In this document: positions 20,540 through 28,238 of the stretch, piece after piece | Layout: each line of letters opens with the position of its first letter | Numbering within the stretch: the first letter of the stretch is position 1 | From: Sphingomonadales bacterium | GTDB lineage: Bacteria; Pseudomonadota; Alphaproteobacteria; Sphingomonadales; Sphingomonadaceae | Assembly: GCA_027489365.1 (NCBI GenBank) | Contig: JAIXZV010000321.1 | Span: 1,379 to 65,378 of the forward strand | Reading direction: 5' to 3' | DNA length: 64,000 nt | Made by a program: the position numbers and the translations under genes | The notes under the pieces: generated by a model | The model's database searches: none | What the model saw: the letters and a program-made list of their open reading frames with translations, nothing else | Told to the model about the DNA's origin: nothing

Positions 20540-22066
20540 TCAATGCGCCGCACCGGCCTCGATCGCGCGGGTAGGGCGGGGCGATAGCCAGATGATCATC
20601 GCGGCAAAGGCGAAAACGATCGCCGACAGCAGGAAGAGATGGTTGATCGCCATCGCATAGCTTTCCTGCGTGACCGTCTGCTCGATCGCGCCGCGCACCT
20701 GATCGAGCGAGAAGCCGCTGGCCTGCAGCGCGCTGCTCGTCGAGTCGGCGTTGAGCTTCGACACGATCTCGCTGCGCGCGACGACGGCGTTGTTGGCATA
20801 AAGCGTAGTCGATACCGACGTGCCGATCGCGCCGGCCATCGTGCGCAGGAAGCTCATCACGCCTGCTGCCGAGGCGGTTTCCTCGGGTTCCACCGCGCCA
20901 AGCCCGATCGTGGTGAGCGGGATGAAGAAGAACGGCATCCCGATCCCTTGCAGCAACTGCGGCATCGCCAGCGTCCAGAAATCCGCCCCGCTGGTCCAAT
21001 AGACCCGCAGCAAAGACGTCGCGCCCAGCCAGAGGATGCCGAAGCAGACGAGGCCACGCGGATCGACGCGGTCCATCAGCTTGGCGACGATCGGCGACAT
21101 CGCGACCGCGCCGACCCCGGTAAAGGCGGTGACATAGCCGGCATAAGTAGCGGTATAGCCCATGCTGGTCTGAAGCCATTGCGGGATAAGCACTGCGGAG
21201 GCAAAGAACGTCGCAAAGGCGAAGGCAAGGCTGATCACCGAAACGGTGAAGCCGCGGTGGCGAAACACGCGCAGATCGACGATCGGCTGTCGCTCGGTGA
21301 CTTCCCAGGCGACGAACACGGCAAGGCCGATCGCCGCGACGATGGCGAGGATCACGATCGTCGTGTCGCCGAACCAGTCATGCTCGCGTCCGATGTCGAG
21401 CATGATCTGCAGCGCGCCGATCCAGATCACGAGCAGCCCGAGGCCGACCTTGTCCATCCCCAGTTTCTCGGTCCGGGTCTCGGCGGACGATAGCAAGCGG
21501 TATGCGCCGAACGCGCACAAAGCGGCGATCGGGATATTGATGAAGAAGATCCAGTGCCACGACCAGCTGTCGCTGATCGTGCCGCCCAGGATCGGGCCAA
21601 GGATCGGCGCGGTCACGGTGGTCATCGCCCACAGGCCCATCGCCTGGCCCTGCTGTTCCTTCGGAAAGATGCGCAGCAGCAGCGTCTGGCTGAGCGGCAT
21701 CAGCGGGCCGCCGCACAGGCCCTGGCCGATCCGGCACGCGACCAGCATGGTCAGGCTGCTCGATAAACCGCACAGCGTCGAAAACAGGCCGAAACCGAGC
21801 ATTCCCAGAATGAAGGTCTTCACCGTGCCGAAACGCCCGGCAAGCCAGCCGGTGAGCGGCACGCAGATCGCCTCTGCAACGGCGTAGGAGGTTATGACCC
21901 ACGTCCCTTGCGTCGAGGATATGCCGAGCGAGCCGGAGATGTGCGCGACCGAGACGTTGGCGATGGTGGTATCGAGCACGACCATGAAATTGGTCAGCGC
22001 CAACACCATGCCCGCCAACAGCAGGGTGGTCCCGGTCAAGGGCTTGAAGTCTTCCTGAACGGCCAT
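20540..22066 (-). CDS. emrB: DHA2-family 14-TM MFS efflux permease
   Basis: FMVVLDTTIANVS, WVITSYAVAEAI, GPILGG, WIFFINIP. Confidence 0.92.
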   Translation of the reverse strand: MAVQEDFKPLTGTTLLLAGMVLALTNFMVVLDTTIANVSVAHISGSLGISSTQGTWVITSYAVAEAICVPLTGWLAGRFGTVKTFILGMLGFGLFSTLCGLSSSLTMLVACRIGQGLCGGPLMPLSQTLLLRIFPKEQQGQAMGLWAMTTVTAPILGPILGGTISDSWSWHWIFFINIPIAALCAFGAYRLLSSAETRTEKLGMDKVGLGLLVIWIGALQIMLDIGREHDWFGDTTIVILAIVAAIGLAVFVAWEVTERQPIVDLRVFRHRGFTVSVISLAFAFATFFASAVLIPQWLQTSMGYTATYAGYVTAFTGVGAVAMSPIVAKLMDRVDPRGLVCFGILWLGATSLLRVYWTSGADFWTLAMPQLLQGIGMPFFFIPLTTIGLGAVEPEETASAAGVMSFLRTMAGAIGTSVSTTLYANNAVVARSEIVSKLNADSTSSALQASGFSLDQVRGAIEQTVTQESYAMAINHLFLLSAIVFAFAAMIIWLSPRPTRAIEAGAAH

Positions 22067-22123
22067 CGCCGCCTTACTCCTGCTGGCGCCGGAGCGCCGT
22101 GTTGCAATGTTCGTAATCAGGCT

Positions 22124-22157
22124 GGCAGGCGGGTCGGTCTACGCGAACCCGCCTGCC
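22124..22157. other. Intercistronic stem-loop between emrA and emrB
   Basis: 11-bp arms ggcaggcgggt / acccgcctgcc; a second imperfect structure follows at ~22163-22223. Confidence 0.55.
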
Positions 22158-22246
22158 CTCGACGGGACGTTCCCGAGCCGGGAGGGGGACCCCGGTCTCT
22201 GGCGTTCGGGAAGGAACGCCCCGACAAGCTTGTGCCGACGTGTGCG

Positions 22247-23410
22247 CTAGTGCGCGGCGGTATCGATCTCAGCGGTCATCGACAGGCCGACCCGCAGCGG
22301 ATGCGCGGCGAGTTCCTTCGGATCGAGCGCGACGCGGACCGGCAGGCGCTGAACGACCTTGATCCAATTGCCCGTCGCATTCTGCGCGGGGATCAGCGCG
22401 AAGGCCGAGCCGGTGCCGCCCGAAAAGCCGACGACCCGACCGTGATAGGCGACGTCGTCGCCATACAGATCGGAGGTCAGCGACACCGCCTGGCCCGGCT
22501 TCACCTTGGCGAGCTGCCCTTCCTTGAAATTTGCATCGACGTACATCTGGTTGACCGGGACGATCCGCATCACCGTCGTGCCAGGCGCGACGCGCTGGCC
22601 GATCTGGATGCTGCGGTTCGCGACCACGCCGTCGATCGGCGCGCGCACGATCGTCCGATCGAGGTCGAGCCTTGCCTGGCGGACACGGGCCTCGGCGGCG
22701 AGCACGTCGGGCGCGGTGGCGGCGGTGGTGCCCTGGATCAAGGCCTGGTTGGCGGCGAGATTGCCCGACGCCGCACCCTGTTGCGAGGTTGCCTGCGCCA
22801 CCGCAGCGCGCGCTTGATCGAGTGTTGCGCGCGCGGCGGCCAGCGCATTGGTGGCCGAGGTCAGTTCGTCGCCTGAGACGGCACCGTTGGGTGCGAGTTT
22901 CTGGCGGCGGTTGAAATCGACCTGCGCTTTGGCAAAGCCGGCACGCGCCGACACGAGCTGGGCCTGGGCGCTGGCGATATCGGCGCGCCGCGCATCGACT
23001 TGCGCCGCCAGCGCGTTGCTGGTTGCCGCGCTCTGGCCGAACTGGCGGCGTGCCTTGGCCAGATCGGCTTCGGCGCTGGCGAGCGTGATGCGCGCATCGC
23101 TGTCGTCGAGCCGGACGAGCACGTCACCGCGCTTCACCGCCTGCGTGTCGGCAGCGAGCACTGCGATCGCTTGCCCCGACACCATCGGCGTCACCTGTGC
23201 GGTATCCGCACCGACGTAAGCGTTATCGGTCTCGACCCGGTGGCTGCCGACCACCGCATACCACCCGCCATAGCCTGCGCCGCATAGCAGCACGATCGCG
23301 CCGATGCCGGTCAGCAGGCGCTTGCGGGTGGTGGGCATTGTGCTGTCGGTGGCCATGTCCGGGGTCTCGGTCTGGTGGAATTGGCGCGGCGTGGGATCGG
23401 CATCAGCCAT
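22247..23410 (-). CDS. emrA: HlyD/EmrA-family membrane fusion protein
   Basis: ETDNAYV, VDANFKEGQL, FALIPAQNATGNWIKVVQRLPVR. Confidence 0.93.
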   Translation of the reverse strand: MADADPTPRQFHQTETPDMATDSTMPTTRKRLLTGIGAIVLLCGAGYGGWYAVVGSHRVETDNAYVGADTAQVTPMVSGQAIAVLAADTQAVKRGDVLVRLDDSDARITLASAEADLAKARRQFGQSAATSNALAAQVDARRADIASAQAQLVSARAGFAKAQVDFNRRQKLAPNGAVSGDELTSATNALAAARATLDQARAAVAQATSQQGAASGNLAANQALIQGTTAATAPDVLAAEARVRQARLDLDRTIVRAPIDGVVANRSIQIGQRVAPGTTVMRIVPVNQMYVDANFKEGQLAKVKPGQAVSLTSDLYGDDVAYHGRVVGFSGGTGSAFALIPAQNATGNWIKVVQRLPVRVALDPKELAAHPLRVGLSMTAEIDTAAH

Positions 23411-24887
23411 GAGTCTGGTCCTTACTGGTCTGGTCCGTGAGCGTTCGGGAAATGGCCACGGTCGGGGAGAAACCACCGCCCAACGCGCGCACGAGCGCGA
23501 CATCGAGCGTGAAGGCGCGCGCCTGGAGGTCGGCGACGGTGCGCTGCGACTGGAGCGCCCGGTCCTGCGCGGTAAGAACATCGGTAAAGCGCGACAGTCC
23601 GCCTTCGTAGCGCTGGCGAGCCACCGCATAGGCCGCCTGTGCCGCCGCCAGCGCCGCGCGCGATTCGGACAGGCGCGTCGCCAATGCGCGCTGGCTGACG
23701 ACGGCATCGGCCACGGCGCGATAGGCGTCGGTCACCGTCTGGTCGTAGGTCGCGACGGCTGCGTCATAAAGGCCGCGCGCCTGGCGATAGCGCCCTTGCA
23801 ATTCACCGCCGCGGAAGATCGGCAGGCTGATCGCCGGTCCGACATTGCCGAAGGTCGATCCGCTGTTGAACAGCGAACCAAGGCCAAGCGATTGAACGCC
23901 GAACACCGCGCTGAGCTTGATATCCGGGTAGAAAGCGGCGCGCGCGACCTTGATGCGGCTGGCCTCCGCCTCGACGCGGGTGCGGGCCGCGATAATGTCG
24001 GGGCGGCGGCCGATCAGATTGGTCGTGACGTCTTCGGGCAGGCCGCGTGCAACGATGATCGCGGTCGGCGCGGTAATGGCGAGTCCGCGATCGGGCCCCT
24101 TGCCGAGCAGCGCGGCCAGGCGGTTGCGCGTCAGGGCGATCTGTTCGTCGGTCGCGGCAATGTCGGCGCGCGCCGCGGGGACGGCGGATTGCGCCTGTTT
24201 GAGCTCGGCTTGCGTGTCGAGCCCGGCGGCGACGCGGTCGGCGGTGAGCCGCTCGGTCTGCTGGCGGATATCGAGCGCGGTTGCCTGCACGCTGCGCTCG
24301 GCAAAGAGCTGGGCAAGCGTCGCATACGCATCGGCGATGCTGGTCGAAAGCGTCAGCGTCGCTTGCGCGAGGTCGAGCCGCGCCGCCTCCGCGTCCGACC
24401 GGGCCGCCGCATAGGATGCCTTGTTGCGCCCCCACAGGTCGAGATCGAAGCCGAGATCGGCCTCGAGCTTGCCGGTATCGTTCCAGCCCTTCGGCACGAA
24501 GGCCGCAGGAATACCGTTGTTATAGCTCTGCTTGGCGCCCCCGACGCTGCCGCTCGCGTCGAGCGTTGGCAGGCGCGCCGCTCGGGCTTGCTGGACATAG
24601 GCATCGGCCTGGCGGACGCGCGCCACCGCCGCGGCGAGATCGGGCGTGCCCGCCATCGCTTCGGCGATCAGCGCGTCGAGCTGCGGATCGCCGTAATCGT
24701 GCCACCACGCCTGATCCGGCCACGCCGCGCGATCGGCTCCGGCAAATGTCGTGTCCGCAGCATAAGCCGTCGGTGGGGTCATTGTCGGCGCCGGCCCGAG
24801 GCTCGGGACGGTCGCGCAAGCCGAAAGCAGGAGGACGGCGATCGGCGTCATCGGACGGGTCGCCTGCCGCAATATCATCAGGGTCAT
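23403..24887 (-). CDS. Outer-membrane efflux lipoprotein (NodT/TolC family)
   Basis: Lipobox LSAC, WWHDYGDPQL, DLDLWG, RRPDI, LVRALGGG. Confidence 0.93.
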   Translation of the reverse strand: MTLMILRQATRPMTPIAVLLLSACATVPSLGPAPTMTPPTAYAADTTFAGADRAAWPDQAWWHDYGDPQLDALIAEAMAGTPDLAAAVARVRQADAYVQQARAARLPTLDASGSVGGAKQSYNNGIPAAFVPKGWNDTGKLEADLGFDLDLWGRNKASYAAARSDAEAARLDLAQATLTLSTSIADAYATLAQLFAERSVQATALDIRQQTERLTADRVAAGLDTQAELKQAQSAVPAARADIAATDEQIALTRNRLAALLGKGPDRGLAITAPTAIIVARGLPEDVTTNLIGRRPDIIAARTRVEAEASRIKVARAAFYPDIKLSAVFGVQSLGLGSLFNSGSTFGNVGPAISLPIFRGGELQGRYRQARGLYDAAVATYDQTVTDAYRAVADAVVSQRALATRLSESRAALAAAQAAYAVARQRYEGGLSRFTDVLTAQDRALQSQRTVADLQARAFTLDVALVRALGGGFSPTVAISRTLTDQTSKDQTHG

Positions 24888-24897
24888 GTCAAAAGCC

Positions 24898-24970
24898 GTA
24901 CTAGGGGGTACAGTTTTTCAAATGGGATGCGCGTGAACAGTTGTCAATCGAAAAGTGTACCCTATAGTAC
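24898..24970. promoter_or_regulatory. Two GTAC-N6-GTAC boxes between the efflux operon and its divergent TetR
   Basis: gtactagggggtac (24898-24911) and gtaccctatagtac (24957-24970); the reverse complement of the first differs from the second at 2 of 14 positions. Confidence 0.7.
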
Positions 24971-24974
24971 GATT

Positions 24975-25616
24975 ATGAGCATGGAACCCAACACGGCCCC
25001 GCTTGGCAAGCGCGAGGCGCGCAAGCAGGATCGGCGGCGGGCGATCGTCGCCGCCGCGCGGCGTTCGTTCCTGGAGGAGGGCTATGCGGCGACGTCGATG
25101 TCCGGCCTGCTGAGCGAATTGGGCGGATCAAAGGCGACGTTATGGAGCTATTTCCGCTCCAAGGAGGAACTGTTCGCCGCCGTCATCGAGGATGTCACCG
25201 TCGATTTCCGCGAGGAACTCGAACGTGGCCTGCTCGCTTCGGCCGATCTGGAAACGACGCTGGTCACTTTCTGCCGCAGCTTCATGCAAAAGACCGCGCA
25301 GCCTGATGCCGTGGGGGCGTGGCGACTGATCGCGGGCGAGAGCGGGCGCTTCCCCGAATTGGGCCGAATCTTCTACGAACGCGCCGCAATGCGGGTCGAA
25401 CACGCGCTGGCAGGATATTTGCGGGGCCAGATTGCCGCGGGCTCCCTGCGGGACGAGGATCCGGTGGAGATGGCCCAGATGCTGCTGGGTCTTTGCACGA
25501 CCCAGCATAATCGTCGCTTATGGGGCATCTCGCCTGATGCCCCCGCCACTGTAGAGCGCGATGCGCGGCGGTTCACCGGCTATTTCCTTCGGCTTTTCGC
25601 GACCGGCGCTGGTTAG
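24975..25616 (+). CDS. TetR-family regulator of the efflux operon
   Basis: GYAATSMSGLLSELGGSKATLWSYFRSKEELF HTH; ESGRFPELGRIFY C-terminal motif. Confidence 0.92.
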   Translation: MSMEPNTAPLGKREARKQDRRRAIVAAARRSFLEEGYAATSMSGLLSELGGSKATLWSYFRSKEELFAAVIEDVTVDFREELERGLLASADLETTLVTFCRSFMQKTAQPDAVGAWRLIAGESGRFPELGRIFYERAAMRVEHALAGYLRGQIAAGSLRDEDPVEMAQMLLGLCTTQHNRRLWGISPDAPATVERDARRFTGYFLRLFATGAG

Positions 25617-25849
25617 GGATCGGGTCTCGGCCATCTGATTTGACCAATTCCGGGGCGCAACCAGGACCGCCAGCGCGCGACTATTCCGCAGCGCCGGGCA
25701 CCATAAGCGATCTGGCCGCACCGACCGCCCCAGTGACCACGCCGATTCTGTCGACGGCAGCGCGGTCATGCCTGAGAGAGTGCCATTATGGGAGGTGACG
25801 ATCAGCTTCTCGTCGGCATCGATCGTGTGGCCCATGCCGAAAGGGGGTG

Positions 25850-26034
25850 GCATGGCTCGCGCCCGTTTCCCCCGGAGAGCCGGAAGGATTACGCACACGA
25901 GCCTCCTCGCGCCGTACTGGCGGAAGGCGGCGCTACCCCAGCCAACATCTACGGCGACGCGACGCCAGCGCCCAACACGTTTCTGGGCGTCGCCGGATTT
26001 CCTCGTCGAGATCGAAGCGACGGCGGTGCTCTAG
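25850..26034 (+). pseudogene. RidA/Rid-family pseudogene remnant
   Basis: One frame gives AVLAEGGATPANI-YGDATPAPNTFLGV and another gives PDFLVEIEATAVL*, indicating an internal deletion plus a frameshift. 5' boundary approximate. Confidence 0.65.
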
Positions 26035-26075
26035 CCCGCGCCAATCAAGCGCATGATTCCAACGTCGTCCGAAAG

Positions 26076-27767
26076 CTAGCGCGGCACCTCCGATAGCGGC
26101 ACGTGATGCCAGAAGCGCTGTATCTCGTCGTCATAACCGGTTAGATCATAGCGCAGCAGCGACACCGGCAAGCGACCAGTGTTCATCAGATAATCGTGAT
26201 AGTCGCGCAGCGAGAAGTTCTCGCCGAGCTGGCGACGGCGATCGACCAGCAATTGCTGCAGCTGCAGCGCCCCGATCGTATAGGTCATGCCATAGCCCGG
26301 CGGCCGCCGGATGTAGATTCCGGCATCGGTGCGCGCGACATTGTCGTCGAGATAGGGCGTCCATTTCTTCCAGAACTGCATCGTCTCGCCGACGGTCATT
26401 TCGTTGCGCTGCATCTCGACGTCACCGATCGTCCGCGCCGCACGGAACAGGCCGAAGATGTAGATCAGCTCGCGCGTGCGCGGCCGGTCGTCGAACAGGC
26501 CGAGCTGGAGCGCGGTCTCCTCCAGATAGAAGCCCCAGCCTTCGGTGCGGCCACTGTCGCCGATCCGGCTGCGGATCGGATCGGTGACGCGCTTGGCGGT
26601 CATCCCGTCGAAGCGGTGGCCGGGAAAGGTCGCGTGGAGATGGTCGGGCGAGGCGTCGCGGAACTGGATCTGTTCCCAGAACATCGGCCCGGTCGGGCGG
26701 ACGATCCAAGGCGCGTTGAACCCGACTTCCTGATAGGTGCCCGGAATATAGTCCGGGATCGTGATGATCTCCTCATCCTTCAGCCATTTGCGGATCTTGG
26801 TGTCGGTGCCGGCGAGCTGCGACTCATATTCCGCGGCCGATTTGGGTAGCTGCAGCTCGGGCAGCTTGCGGTTGCGGTGCCGCTCGGTGGTGTAGTCGGC
26901 CCAGTAACGGGTGAGCTCGCGCTTGGCGATCGTCACCACCTCGTCCGAGGTGAAGGGCATCAGCCGGACATTGGCGAGGAACCAGTCATACGCCGGTTTG
27001 CCGACCCCGGCGCGCGCCGTCATCGTCGGGCGGGCCGCGGTCAGCCAGTCGCGAAAGCCGCGGATTGCGGTCTCGGCCGCCGTGATCTCGCCCACCAGCT
27101 CGGGCTGCTGCTCCCGGGCACGGCCGTGCAAATCGGCGAACCAGCCGATCAGCCCCTCGGGCTCGACCGCACGATACGGCATGCCGTGGCCGACACCGTC
27201 GCCGTGCGAGAGGCTGTGAAGTGCAAGGTCGGCATAATCCGCAGCGACCGCGTCGAGGTTGGTCTTCGCCTGCCCAAGATAGGCGGGAATGGTGCGCAGC
27301 CGCGCGCGGAAATCGGCCAGCGCCGCGCCTTTCAACGGCAGATCGGTATAGGCCAGATCCTGCAACTCATCGACATACATGCCGGGATCGCGCGCCCAGG
27401 GTTTGAGCACGTTGAGGTTGAAATCCTGCAGATCCATCTGTGCGCGGACGGCCAGATAATCGACCTGCTGATGCCGGTCCCAGCGCGCCACGGCGAAATC
27501 GGGAAGCTTTGCCTGGAACGCGCGAAGTTCCGCGCGGCGCTTCTCGACCGTGGCCGGACTGAAATCGACAACTCCGTCGACCGCCGGCGGCTTGCGCCAG
27601 GTATCGAAGGCCGTGAACAGGGTGACGAGGTCGGTATAGCCGCGCGTGCCGCTCGGCGGGGCGTCTGGCCGGGGTGCCGTCTGCGCGCTCGCTGGCGCGG
27701 GGCCGAACGCGTTCGGGGTTACGCTCCCGGCCAGGAGCATAGCGATCACCAGTCCTCTTGCGCGCAT
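26076..27767 (-). CDS. Secreted DUF885-family protein (copy 1, degenerate metal motif)
   Basis: Signal peptide; HATFPGH in place of HExxPGH; TEGWGFYLEE; PGYGMTYTIG; FSLRDYHD. Confidence 0.8.
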   Translation of the reverse strand: MRARGLVIAMLLAGSVTPNAFGPAPASAQTAPRPDAPPSGTRGYTDLVTLFTAFDTWRKPPAVDGVVDFSPATVEKRRAELRAFQAKLPDFAVARWDRHQQVDYLAVRAQMDLQDFNLNVLKPWARDPGMYVDELQDLAYTDLPLKGAALADFRARLRTIPAYLGQAKTNLDAVAADYADLALHSLSHGDGVGHGMPYRAVEPEGLIGWFADLHGRAREQQPELVGEITAAETAIRGFRDWLTAARPTMTARAGVGKPAYDWFLANVRLMPFTSDEVVTIAKRELTRYWADYTTERHRNRKLPELQLPKSAAEYESQLAGTDTKIRKWLKDEEIITIPDYIPGTYQEVGFNAPWIVRPTGPMFWEQIQFRDASPDHLHATFPGHRFDGMTAKRVTDPIRSRIGDSGRTEGWGFYLEETALQLGLFDDRPRTRELIYIFGLFRAARTIGDVEMQRNEMTVGETMQFWKKWTPYLDDNVARTDAGIYIRRPPGYGMTYTIGALQLQQLLVDRRRQLGENFSLRDYHDYLMNTGRLPVSLLRYDLTGYDDEIQRFWHHVPLSEVPR

Positions 27768-27834
27768 GTCGCTCTCCCTCGTCGGCTCCGGTCGCGCGAC
27801 GCAACGAGCGCCACCGTCATCGCAATATAACTAA

Positions 27835-27846
27835 AAACACGTGATT
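27835..27846. promoter_or_regulatory. Candidate operator (AATCACGTGATT-like) upstream of DUF885 copy 1
   Basis: aaacacgtgatt, 11/12 match to the palindromic consensus. Confidence 0.6.
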
Positions 27847-28148
27847 TGTAATACGATGCGCGCGGATCCGGTACTGGTCAAGGGGCCTTGACGCGATGCT
27901 CTGCCGAAACCTGTTGAGGCTGCCGCGACCGGCTCTTTGCGGGCGAATCGGCGGAAATTCCAAATTTATCAGTCTCAATGGCATCGCGTCTCGCGGCATT
28001 TCCCGCAGCAAACCCTGGACTGGGGCAGGCGCGTCACTCTTGAAAGGGTGCGCGAGCGCGCGGCCACCGGCAGCTTTGTTACGAGAAAGCGACATTTTTC
28101 ACATTTTTTTGCTACGGCGAATTGACCGGTTGCTGGAGATATGCTCAA

Positions 28149-28168
28149 AATCACGCACTTGTTCACGG
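28149..28168. promoter_or_regulatory. Candidate operator upstream of the TonB receptor
   Basis: atcacgcacttgttcacgg (28150-28168) matches atcacgcaattattcacgg (52976-52994) at 17/19 positions. Confidence 0.6.
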
Positions 28169-28238
28169 AATTGGCGCAACCTCATGATGCCAGGGCGGAG
28201 CGAGGCAGGCGGGCATATCCACTCGGGGAGTAACGGAC

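Noticed and set aside
23304-24974. Apparent 770-aa TetR fusion
   Set aside because: It is antisense to the outer-membrane efflux gene; only the last ~213 aa are TetR.
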